The notes under the pieces were generated by a model, which saw nothing but the letters and a program-made list of their open reading frames with translations, was not told the origin of the DNA and did not search any database. 64,000 nucleotides of DNA, taken from NCBI GenBank assembly GCA_020072765.1, contig JAIQGD010000002.1, positions 4,796 through 68,795 of the forward strand, given 5' to 3'. The stretch comes from Terriglobia bacterium. Lineage in GTDB: Bacteria > Acidobacteriota > Terriglobia > Acidiferrales > UBA7541. Made by a program: the position numbers and the translations under genes. This document shows positions 10,761-21,713 of this stretch, piece after piece (positions within the stretch are counted from its first letter, which is position 1; the number at the start of each line of letters is the position of its first letter).

Positions 10761-12638
10761 TTGGATCTTCATCTGACCGAGGCCCGGGCTACCGCGGCCG
10801 AACAATCCGCCGTCGATAAAATTTTGGGCGCGCCGGCGTCGGGGTGGGACGGCGGGGAACGCAACGTCGCTACCGATAGCCGCGCGGCGTTCGGCGGGCA
10901 CGAGGCGCGTTCGCGGCGGCACCTGCTGCTGCCGGCGCTGCACGCGGTGCAGTCGCACATCGGCTGGGTCAGCCCCGGAGCGTTGAATTACATTTCCGTG
11001 CGGCTGGATCTTGCTCCGGCGGAAGCGCATGGCGTGGCGTCGTTTTATGGGATGTTTTCCCTGACGGAGCAGCCCGCCGTGGTGGCGCACGTCTGCGACG
11101 ACATCGGATGCCTGGCGCTGGGGGCCGGGGCCGTGTGCGGGGAACTGGAGAAGAAGCTCGGGCCTGCCGGGTCGGCCTGCCTGGGCGGACGCGCGACGTG
11201 GAAGCGGAGCACGTGCCTGGGATTGTGCGAGCGCGCGCCGGCGGCGGTGATCACGGCGGCGGGCGAGAAGCCGCGCGAGCGCGTGGTGGCTCCGGCGGAT
11301 GCGGGCGCGATTCAGTTGTTGATGCAGGATGGCGTCGCAGGCAAGCTGCCCGCCGAGCCCGACGCCCTGAACATTCGGGCGTCGGTCCCGCAGGCGGGCC
11401 GGCCGGAGCTGCGCCTGCTGAAACGCGTCGGGCAGGTGGACCCGGCGAGCGTGGAGGCATACCAGGGCGCGGGCGGCTACGAAGCGTTGCGGCTGGCACT
11501 GGACATGGGCCCGGAAGCCGTGGTGCGGGAGATGATCGAGTCGCGCCTGCTGGGGCGGGGCGGCGCGGCGTTTCCCACGGGCAAGAAATGGGAAGCGTTG
11601 TTGACGCAGCGCGGGCAGGGCCGCACGCACTACGTGGTCTGCAACGCGGATGAGTCCGAGCCGGGCACGTTCAAGGACCGCATCCTGATGGAGGGCGACC
11701 CGTTCGCCATCCTCGAGGGCATGACCATTGCGGGGCTGGCCACCGGCGCGCAGAAGGGCTACATCTACCTGCGCGGGGAATATCCGCTGGCGGGCGAGCG
11801 GATCGCGCATGCCATCGGGGCGGCCCGCGCCAAAGGGCTGCTGGGCGACAATATTCTGGGCCGCGGGATGCGCTTCGACATCGAGTTGCGCCGGGGCGCG
11901 GGCGCCTACATCTGCGGCGAGGAAACCGCGCTGTTCAATTCCATCGAAGGGTATCGCGGCGAGCCGCGCAACAAGCCGCCGTTTCCGACGCAGGCGGGGC
12001 TGTTCCGCCAGCCGACGGTGGTCAACAACGTCGAAACCCTGGTCAACGTACCGGAAATTATCCGCATGGGCGGCGCGGCCTACGCGCGCATCGGCGTGGG
12101 GAACTCGACCGGCTACCGGCTGTTCTGCGTTTCGGGGCACGCCGTCCGGCCCGGCGTGTACGAAGTGGCGTTCGGCGCGACGCTGCGCCAGATCATCGAG
12201 CTGGCGGGCGGCGTCGGAGGCAATGGACGCCTGCAGGCCGTGCTGCTGGGCGGCGCGGCGGGCGGCTTCGTTTCGCCGAAGGAACTGGACACGCCGCTGA
12301 CGTTTGAGGGCACGCGGGCGATCGGCGCCTCGCTCGGCTCGGGGGTCGTCATGCTGTTTGACGACTCGGCCGATTTGCAGCAGATCCTGCTGCGCATCGC
12401 CGGATTTTTCAGCCACGAAAGCTGCGGGCAGTGCGTGCCGTGCCGTGTGGGCGTGGTGCGCCAGGAAGAAACGCTGAAGCGGCTGGTCCACCGCCGGCCG
12501 CTGGGCTCTCCGGCCGAGGAGATTGGCTTGTTACGGGAGATGGGGCAGGCCATGCGCGACGCGTCCATCTGCGGATTGGGACAAACCGCGTCGAGCGCAC
12601 TGGAGTCCGCTTTGAATCGATGGAGGCTGTTTTCATGA
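10761..12638 (+). CDS. fused NuoE-like/NuoF-like NAD(H)-binding diaphorase subunit (FdsG-FdsB type)
   Basis: TTG start immediately after the upstream stop. The N-terminal half has the thioredoxin-like 2Fe-2S motif (CDDIGC...CLGLCERAP). The C-terminal half has GRGGAAFPTGKKW, NADESEPGTFKDR and ESCGQCVPCR (FMN, NADH and 4Fe-4S sites). Confidence 0.88.
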   Translation: MDLHLTEARATAAEQSAVDKILGAPASGWDGGERNVATDSRAAFGGHEARSRRHLLLPALHAVQSHIGWVSPGALNYISVRLDLAPAEAHGVASFYGMFSLTEQPAVVAHVCDDIGCLALGAGAVCGELEKKLGPAGSACLGGRATWKRSTCLGLCERAPAAVITAAGEKPRERVVAPADAGAIQLLMQDGVAGKLPAEPDALNIRASVPQAGRPELRLLKRVGQVDPASVEAYQGAGGYEALRLALDMGPEAVVREMIESRLLGRGGAAFPTGKKWEALLTQRGQGRTHYVVCNADESEPGTFKDRILMEGDPFAILEGMTIAGLATGAQKGYIYLRGEYPLAGERIAHAIGAARAKGLLGDNILGRGMRFDIELRRGAGAYICGEETALFNSIEGYRGEPRNKPPFPTQAGLFRQPTVVNNVETLVNVPEIIRMGGAAYARIGVGNSTGYRLFCVSGHAVRPGVYEVAFGATLRQIIELAGGVGGNGRLQAVLLGGAAGGFVSPKELDTPLTFEGTRAIGASLGSGVVMLFDDSADLQQILLRIAGFFSHESCGQCVPCRVGVVRQEETLKRLVHRRPLGSPAEEIGLLREMGQAMRDASICGLGQTASSALESALNRWRLFS

Positions 12639-13561
12639 GCGAATCGGCACAAGCTCCCTCGCCGCTGATCCCGTTGCCGCGCGGGCCGGTGCCGCAGGCG
12701 CCGGCACGAGCGCGGGCGATGATCGAGATCAAGATGGACGGGCGAACGGTTTCCGTTCCGGAAGGGTCGACGATCATTGACGCGGCCCGCCAGCTGGGCA
12801 TCGACATTCCCACACTGTGTTTTCTGGAAAGCCTGACGCCGGTGAATGTGTGCCGCATCTGCGTGGTGGAGCTGGAAGGGTCGCGCACGCTGGTTCCGGC
12901 GTGTTCGCGCAAGGCCGAGCCGGGCATGGTGATTCAGACGGATTCCGAGCGGGTGCGCTTGAGCCGGCGGATGGTGCTGGAGTTTCTGGCGTCGTCGGTG
13001 AACGTGTCGACCGCGCCCATGTTTGCCGAATACATGAAGCGGTACGGCGCGCGTCCCGAACGCTTCGGAGCGTCACCGGCGACGGTGGCGCAGATGCCGA
13101 AGATTGACAACGATCTCTACGTGCGGGATTACGCGAAGTGCATTCTGTGTTACAAGTGCGTCGAGGCGTGCGGCACCGATGCGCAAAATACGTTTGCCAT
13201 CGCCGTGGCCGGACGCGGTTTTTCCGCCCATATCGCCACCGAATACGACGTCCCGCTGCCGGATTCGGCCTGCGTGTACTGCGGGAACTGCATCGGCGTC
13301 TGCCCCACCGGGGCGCTGATGTTCAAGAGCGAATACGATCTGCGCCTGGCCGGCCAATGGAATGAATCGCGGCAGACCCGCACGGACACCATCTGTCCGT
13401 ACTGCGGCGTGGGCTGCGACCTCACCGTGCACGCACAGGACGGCAAGATCGTTCGCGTTACCTCCCCGGTGGACCACAGCGTCACCCACGGCAACCTCTG
13501 CATCAAGGGGCGTTTCGGCTGGCAGTTTGTCGAGATTCAGCCCGCGCCCAAGAAGAGTTGA
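12635..13561 (+). CDS. formate dehydrogenase N-terminal Fe-S piece (2Fe-2S, His/Cys and 2x4Fe-4S domains plus the MopB 4Fe-4S domain)
   Basis: ATG 12635 overlaps the upstream TGA (ATGA) and has a GGAGG Shine-Dalgarno sequence 8 nt upstream. Motifs are CFLESLTPVNVCRIC, CILCYKCVEAC, CVYCGNCIGVCP and CPYCGVGCDL...GNLCIKGRFGWQFV. The ORF then stops exactly where a normal FdsA/FdhA would continue with ...RLTxPL. Confidence 0.85.
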   Translation: MSESAQAPSPLIPLPRGPVPQAPARARAMIEIKMDGRTVSVPEGSTIIDAARQLGIDIPTLCFLESLTPVNVCRICVVELEGSRTLVPACSRKAEPGMVIQTDSERVRLSRRMVLEFLASSVNVSTAPMFAEYMKRYGARPERFGASPATVAQMPKIDNDLYVRDYAKCILCYKCVEACGTDAQNTFAIAVAGRGFSAHIATEYDVPLPDSACVYCGNCIGVCPTGALMFKSEYDLRLAGQWNESRQTRTDTICPYCGVGCDLTVHAQDGKIVRVTSPVDHSVTHGNLCIKGRFGWQFVEIQPAPKKS

Positions 13562-13678
13562 ATCCTCGGGGCCGCCGCCGGGGAGTGGAGTTCTCATCCT
13601 CGGTGGTCCTCACTTCCCGGCCCTGAGAACAGGGCGTAACTTTCTATCTATCACCGACCGATGTTTGGGTGGACATGA

Positions 13679-15715
<2,037 letters not shown>

Positions 15716-15835
15716 AGAGCCTCGCCGTCCAGCCGGAAACCGCACAACAGGGTACAATAGAGAGTGGGTAGGCGCCCGGTTGGGCGGTGGTGGGGCAGGG
15801 CGAAATTTTCAAATCCAAAGAGGAGTAATTAGAAC

Positions 15836-16030
15836 ATGGGATACGGTGGCCGCGAAAAACCAGCAAAGAAATCAGGACGAGCCGGATTTGTGGAGGCCAA
15901 GCTCGAAGAACTCCGTCGACGGTGGGATGCAGCCACCACCGACCGCGAGAAGGCCGAAGTGTCTGAGCAGATCCGCGAATGGCAAGCCTTCAAGCCCGAA
16001 CGCTCCGCACCCTCCGGCGGCAGACGCTAA
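15836..16030 (+). CDS. small charged hypothetical protein (64 aa)
   Basis: ATG 15836 is preceded by AGAGGAG. The product is rich in Lys, Arg and Glu and has no recognisable family. Confidence 0.3.
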   Translation: MGYGGREKPAKKSGRAGFVEAKLEELRRRWDAATTDREKAEVSEQIREWQAFKPERSAPSGGRR

Positions 16031-16287
16031 CAGTTCCCGGCAGCAAACTCCGTGAGGCACACATGCTGTTGCCCAACGCGCCCTGCTGAATTGCGCGGGC
16101 GCGGCCGCACGCCTGCATAGCCCTCGCGCCCATCCCGCCACTGCGGGACGGGCGCTACAAAACCATTCTTGTGAGACAGCCACTCCTGGCCGTCCGCGCA
16201 GGATGTCGCCACAGCATCCCTGGACAGGCAATCGCGTTTGTCCTACAAAACCGGTGTCCTCCGCGAACTCTGCTTTCAGAATCCGGG

Positions 16288-16375
16288 GTAGCCACGACGA
16301 ACCGTGGTTGTCCGTCGTGGGGTGTTCGCCGCATCCAGACATGCCCACGACGAGAAGAGCGCTCGTCGTGGCTAC
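16288..16375. repeat. tandem REP-like hairpins downstream of murJ
   Basis: CCACGACG (16292-16299) pairs with CGTCGTGG (16313-20), and CCACGACG (16345-52) pairs with CGTCGTGG (16364-71). The outer 13-bp perfect inverted repeat is GTAGCCACGACGA (16288-16300) with TCGTCGTGGCTAC (16363-75). Confidence 0.55.
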
Positions 16376-16405
16376 CGCAACTTGGGTTATTGGGGAAAGG
16401 CAACC

Positions 16406-18043
16406 TTACCCGCGCCCGAGCCTGCCGGCGGCCCAGCGAAAGAAGACGTGGGCTTCGCTGAGACGAAACATCAGCGCGGCCGCGAAGTAGACGGCGCCGT
16501 ACGGCACGAGGACCAGCGCGGCGACCCGAATCGGGTGTCCCCGCACGACGTGGTGAATTCCCCAGCCAACCGCAGCAGCCGCCAGAGCCGCGACCCACAA
16601 CTTGGCGAGGTAATCCCGGGGAAGCCCGGTGGGGCCGATGCGGCGGTTCAAGGTGCGCCGCAACAGAGTGAACTCGACCCACGAGGCCACGCCGGCGGAG
16701 ACGGTCAGGCCGGCCACGCCCCAGCGCGCGCCCAGTCCGAGTGCCGGAGGCAGCGGAATGGCGCTGAGGTAGCCGAAAACGGTGGTCAGGAGGACGCGCA
16801 GAATGGCGAAGCGCAGCGGGGTGCGCGTGTCGCGCAGCGCGTAGTACGCCGAGGAGTACAACCGGCCGAGCGTCGAGGCCAGCAGGCCCACCGTTGAACC
16901 CGCCAGGATTCCCCACACGTAGATCACGTCGGCGTGCACGAATCGCCCCGATTGATAGATGGCGGCCACAATGACGTCGCCCAGCACCAGAAACGCCGCG
17001 ACCGACGGCACCACAAAAAAGGCGATCTGGCGGAGCCCCGCGCCCAGACGCCCGCGCAGCGCCGCCGCCACTTCCTGTTCGCTGCCGATCGCGCCGGACA
17101 TCTGCGGCAACTCGGCGGCCGAAACGGCCATCCCGAAAAGGCTCACCGGGAGCGTGTACAGCGTCTGGGCGTAGCTGAGCGCCGCGACGGCGCCGGTGGG
17201 CAACAGGCTCGCCAGCAGCGCATCCACGTAGGCGCTGATCTGCACCACGCCGCGGCCGATAAATACCGGAAAAAAATTGCGCACCACCGTTTTCACGTTG
17301 TCTGCATGGCGGCCCAGGGACAGAGGCAGGCCGCGCAGCAGCCGCAGCACGACCGGCAATTGCACGCCGAACTGCAGGGCGCTGCCGGCCACCGATCCCC
17401 ACGCCAGGATCTCCGCGAGAGGATACTGCGCGTAGCGCGTTCCCCAGCCCCACAGCGTGGCAATCATCGCCGCATTCCAGATCACGGGGGCGGTGTAGGA
17501 AAGGAAGAAGCGGCGATGGCTGTTGAGGATTCCCAGGCACCAGGCGGAGAACACCAGCAGGCCCGCGCCGGGAAACAGGATGCGCACCAAGCGGATCGTG
17601 AGCTCGCGCTTTTCCCCGGAAAAGCCCGGTGCGATGGCGTAGATGAGATAGGGCGTGGCCAGCACGCCGATCAGGACGAGCAGGGAAGTGGTCAGCGCCA
17701 GCAGCGCCGCGACAGCGCCCGCCGTGCGCCGCGCCTCTTCGTCCTCTTTGCGCGCCAGCAGGCCGGCGTACACGGGGATGAAGGAGGCGGAGAGCACGCC
17801 TTCGCCGAACAGGTTTTGCAGGAAATTGGGGATGCGGAAGGCGGCGCGGAAGGCATCCGCCGCGTCGGAATTGCCGAAGTAGTGCGCGAAGACGCGGTCG
17901 CGGACCAGTCCGGCGATGCGGCTCAGGAAAATTCCGGCCGCCACCAGAAACGCGTGCTGCCGGGATTCTTCCCGGGGCGCGGAGATTGTTCCGGGGCTTA
18001 CCACGGTCGCGATGGAGAAAGCGTGTGCATAGAGTCGAGGCAA
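16406..18043 (-). CDS. murJ: lipid II flippase MurJ (MviN)
   Basis: The 545-aa polytopic ORF contains GIFLSRIAGLVRDRVFAHYFG.SDAADAF..AFRIPNFLQNLFGEG.LSASFIPV. The exact start is uncertain. Confidence 0.88.
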   Translation of the reverse strand: MPRLYAHAFSIATVVSPGTISAPREESRQHAFLVAAGIFLSRIAGLVRDRVFAHYFGNSDAADAFRAAFRIPNFLQNLFGEGVLSASFIPVYAGLLARKEDEEARRTAGAVAALLALTTSLLVLIGVLATPYLIYAIAPGFSGEKRELTIRLVRILFPGAGLLVFSAWCLGILNSHRRFFLSYTAPVIWNAAMIATLWGWGTRYAQYPLAEILAWGSVAGSALQFGVQLPVVLRLLRGLPLSLGRHADNVKTVVRNFFPVFIGRGVVQISAYVDALLASLLPTGAVAALSYAQTLYTLPVSLFGMAVSAAELPQMSGAIGSEQEVAAALRGRLGAGLRQIAFFVVPSVAAFLVLGDVIVAAIYQSGRFVHADVIYVWGILAGSTVGLLASTLGRLYSSAYYALRDTRTPLRFAILRVLLTTVFGYLSAIPLPPALGLGARWGVAGLTVSAGVASWVEFTLLRRTLNRRIGPTGLPRDYLAKLWVAALAAAAVGWGIHHVVRGHPIRVAALVLVPYGAVYFAAALMFRLSEAHVFFRWAAGRLGRG

Positions 18044-18119
18044 TTCATTACAAGAGCTATGTGGAAAGATGTCAACCGGGATTGTGGGCGCTGTGCGTTG
18101 TTGATAGCTTCGGCGCTCT

Positions 18120-20015
18120 TCACGGCGTGCGCAGGCGGAGGATGTCGCTCAAGTAGTCGGGGCGGGTTTTGTCGCGCACCAGGTGCGGGTATTGCAGGCC
18201 GCCGTGGTAGGCCACCGGACAGGTCTGGGTCAGGGCGCCGTTGACGACCGTGAGCTGGATGGGCGCGGCAGCCGACCGCGCGGCGGCCACGGCATTCTTG
18301 ATTTCGGCGGGCGAATACGGCTTTCCGTCGACGGCGGTGATTTTCATTCCCGGGCCAATCCCCGCGTTAAACGACGGGCCGTCGCGGATGACGTCGGCGA
18401 CCACGCCATCGCCGGTCAGAATCAGACCGATCGAAGAGCCGAGGTCGGTGCGCTGATTCATGGCATCGGCGCTTTCCTGGACCGCGTTGGGCTGCTCGTT
18501 ATAGATCAGCTTCCAGCCGCCATTTTCGATGGCCTCGATGGGCGTGGGCGGCGCGGTGGTATCCAGACGCATTCGCAGGAAGCCCGCCCAGTCGTACGGC
18601 GCCAGGCCGTTGAGCGTCGCGACGATGTCGTCGAACGTATAGGTCTTCAGGGCGGGTTCGCCGCCGGGTCCGGCGTAGAAGATCCGGCAAAAATCGTCGA
18701 TGGATTTCTGGCCGTTGGTCAGGCGGCGCAGCGTGGCGTCGACATCGAGGAACAGCAGCGTGCCTTCCTCGTAAAAATCGGTGCCGCGCCTCCAATTCGA
18801 CCAGTCGAAGGGGGCGTCATACAGGATCGGCGCGGCATCGGCGGTGTCCTGCAGGGGCCGCCAGTTGCGCCCGGGACTGCGGGCGATCATGGCCGCGGTG
18901 CGGGCCAGCGACTCCCGCGCCTGCTCGGGGCTCCAGAGTTCGCTGCGCGCTGTCAACACGGCACCCAAATAATTCGTGAACCCTTCGTAGAACCAAAGCA
19001 GGTCGTCGCGCATCGGCTGCTGGTAATTCGCCGTGGCGAGGTCGACCGGGCGGCGATACTTCCCGTTCCACGAATGGACGTACTCGTGAGGAAGCAGGTC
19101 CGCAAAATAGAGGCGCGCCGTGTCGTCGACCAGGCTGTGGGCGGCGGCGCGGTCGTCGCTGGACTCGTGGTGCTCCAGGCCGAAGTGTGCGACATCGTCG
19201 CTCAGACTGATCAGGAAGTGGTAGTCGCGGTAGTGCCGCACGCCGAACAACGCGCCCGCTTCGGCCACCAGCCGGCGATAATGCGCTTCCATTTCCGCGG
19301 GCATCGCCAGATCGGTTTCCCGGTCGGCGGCGATGTCCATCTCGTGCGGGGGATTCTGACCGGGCGTCAGCTGGAGCACGCGGAAGTATTGTCCCGCCAG
19401 CACGGGGGAATCAACGAGCGTATTGAGCGCGACCGCGGGGAAGTCCACGGTGTCGCCATTCTGCTTCGCGCCGGGCAGCGCCGTGGCGAACTTCCATCCG
19501 GCGGGTAACCGGACGCTCGCGACGAAGGTCAGTTCGCGTACCGGATAGCCCTGCGGGTACAGCAACACTTGGTTCCAGTTCAAAACGCCGAGAAAGGCCG
19601 TGGCGGAAGCGCCGGCGGAAAATCCCGACGTGGGCGCCGAAAGCAGGAAATCGAGGTCGGCGTCGAGCGAGCTCACGCCCGGCGGAATTTCCAGATGCAA
19701 CGCAAACATGTCCAGCAGGTCGCGCCGCCAGGGAATCGTTTTTCCGCCAGCCATGAATTTCAGGCCGACCAGATTGACGAGCGGGGCGTCGGGCATGTGC
19801 TCTCCCGGGAGCCACGCGGGGTAGTACAGCACCAGCGGCCCCGGCCGCACGGGGAACTGCAAGTGGGCGTGCAGAAATTTCCGCGCCGTGTGCGAGGCGT
19901 CAACTTCCAGACGAATCGGACCGGACCGCGCCTGGGCGTGCAGGGTTTGGCTTGCGGAAAAAATTGCGGCGGCCAGAAAAGCGGCCAGCGTGCTCGCGCG
20001 AAAGAAGTTCGTCAT
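18120..20015 (-). CDS. M61 family (glycyl aminopeptidase-like) metallopeptidase with C-terminal PDZ domain
   Basis: It has a signal peptide, the motif LLPHEYVHSWNGKYRRP (HExxH) and a PDZ-like segment (GLILTGDGVVADVIRDGPSFNAGIGPGMKITAVDG). Confidence 0.75.
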   Translation of the reverse strand: MTNFFRASTLAAFLAAAIFSASQTLHAQARSGPIRLEVDASHTARKFLHAHLQFPVRPGPLVLYYPAWLPGEHMPDAPLVNLVGLKFMAGGKTIPWRRDLLDMFALHLEIPPGVSSLDADLDFLLSAPTSGFSAGASATAFLGVLNWNQVLLYPQGYPVRELTFVASVRLPAGWKFATALPGAKQNGDTVDFPAVALNTLVDSPVLAGQYFRVLQLTPGQNPPHEMDIAADRETDLAMPAEMEAHYRRLVAEAGALFGVRHYRDYHFLISLSDDVAHFGLEHHESSDDRAAAHSLVDDTARLYFADLLPHEYVHSWNGKYRRPVDLATANYQQPMRDDLLWFYEGFTNYLGAVLTARSELWSPEQARESLARTAAMIARSPGRNWRPLQDTADAAPILYDAPFDWSNWRRGTDFYEEGTLLFLDVDATLRRLTNGQKSIDDFCRIFYAGPGGEPALKTYTFDDIVATLNGLAPYDWAGFLRMRLDTTAPPTPIEAIENGGWKLIYNEQPNAVQESADAMNQRTDLGSSIGLILTGDGVVADVIRDGPSFNAGIGPGMKITAVDGKPYSPAEIKNAVAAARSAAAPIQLTVVNGALTQTCPVAYHGGLQYPHLVRDKTRPDYLSDILRLRTP

Positions 20016-20351
20016 CCCGTTTCCTCGGGGCCGCCGAACTCCGTTCCCGCCATGGTTTCGGGCCCATGAAACTATCTTAGGGCACCGGGGCGAGAACGCA
20101 AGCGCCGGTTCCCAGCAGTTGCCTACAGGAGAAAATAGGGTGCGGCCGTTTGCGGGGCCCCGGGGTGGCGCCTATGTTGGCACAATGGATGCACTTACAA
20201 GCATGAATGGAGTGCGGCGGACCTATGAAGGCCACTCATGCCTCGCCATCCGGGGCGGTGGTACACTCAGGCCGATTAGCCCCGACCATTGGTGGGGGCA
20301 TCAACGTCATTCTGGATGGCATTTATGTTGCCGGTCAGACAGGGGTAAAGC

Positions 20352-21602
20352 ATGGCACACGAAAACGGCATTTATATGGCGTACAACGACATCTGGCTGC
20401 TGGACGGAGTTCGGACCCCCTTCATCGAATACAACACGGCACTGGGTTTGGTATCGCCTACGGATCTGGGCATCAAGGTGGCTCGCACGGTGCTGGAGCG
20501 CGCGGGAGTTCCGCCCGCCGACGTCGGCTCGGTGATCGCCGGCTGCGTGGAAAAGGCGAGCTTTGACGGCTACTTTCTGGCGCGCCACATCGGTCTCTAC
20601 TCCGGCGTTCCGGTGGACCGCCCCGCGCTGATGGTGCAGCGCGTCTGCGGGACGGGATTCGAGAGCATCACGCAGGGCGCCGACGCGATTGCGCTGGGCA
20701 AGATTTCGCTCGGGTTGTGCGTGGGAGCGGAGTCGATGAGCCGCAGTCCCATTGCCGCCTACACGCACCGCGGGGGATTCCGCCTCGGCCAGGTCGAGTT
20801 CAAGGACACGCTGTGGGAAGCGCTGCACGATACCGCCCCCGACGTGAGCATGGGAGTAACCGCGGAAACCCTCGCCGTCACCTACAAGATCACGCGCGAG
20901 GACGTCGACCGCTTTGCGGAGTCGAGTTTCGCGCGCGCCCTCGCCGCCCAGAAAAACGGATTCCTGGCGGGCGAGATCGTCCCGCTGGTGACGGAGAAGT
21001 TTGAATTGACGGGCTACAAACCCCGGGGCATTCAACTGCCGAAGGGAGTGGACCGGCTGGCGGACGACACGCACATTCGGCCGTCGTCGTTCGAGGGACT
21101 TTCGAAAATCCGGCCGGCGTTCGGCGGCGTGCAGACCGGCGGCAACAGTTCCGGCATTGTGGACGGAGCCGCGGCCGTGCTGGTGGGCTCGGGCGCGTAT
21201 GTGCGCTCGAAGAGCATCAAGCCGCTGGCGCGCGTGGCCGCCGTGGCCGCCGTCGGCGTGCCGCCGGAAATCATGAGCATCGGCCCGGCGCCCGCGATTC
21301 GCCGGGTGCTCGACGGCGCCGGAATGACGCTCGATCAGATTGGCCGCTTCGAGATCAACGAAGCATTCGCGGCGCAGCTCCTCGGCGTCGAGCGCGAACT
21401 CAAGCTCGATCGCGCCAAGCTCAACGTGAACGGCGGCGCCATCGCCATCGGGCATCCGCTCGCGGTCACCGGCGTGCGCCTCGTGCTGACCGTGGCCCGC
21501 CAGTTGCGCCAAGCGAAGCTCCGCTACGGCATCGCCTCGGCATGCATCGGCGGAGGGCAGGGCATCGCCGTCCTGCTCGAAAATCCCGAGGCGGCTGGAT
21601 AA
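20352..21602 (+). CDS. acetyl-CoA C-acetyltransferase (thiolase II family)
   Basis: Motifs are VQRVCGTGFES (active-site Cys), NVNGGAIAIGHPLAVTG and ASACIGGGQGIA. Confidence 0.85.
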   Translation: MAHENGIYMAYNDIWLLDGVRTPFIEYNTALGLVSPTDLGIKVARTVLERAGVPPADVGSVIAGCVEKASFDGYFLARHIGLYSGVPVDRPALMVQRVCGTGFESITQGADAIALGKISLGLCVGAESMSRSPIAAYTHRGGFRLGQVEFKDTLWEALHDTAPDVSMGVTAETLAVTYKITREDVDRFAESSFARALAAQKNGFLAGEIVPLVTEKFELTGYKPRGIQLPKGVDRLADDTHIRPSSFEGLSKIRPAFGGVQTGGNSSGIVDGAAAVLVGSGAYVRSKSIKPLARVAAVAAVGVPPEIMSIGPAPAIRRVLDGAGMTLDQIGRFEINEAFAAQLLGVERELKLDRAKLNVNGGAIAIGHPLAVTGVRLVLTVARQLRQAKLRYGIASACIGGGQGIAVLLENPEAAG

Positions 21603-21713
21603 CACCCGCCGATCCGCGGGAGCAGGGCCATTCTTTTTTGGGGCCGCGTTCCGGCGGTCCGCGGCACGTCGCCAGTGGCGTGACGCCAAGCGCGTCGCTC
21701 GCAGGGGGCTGAC

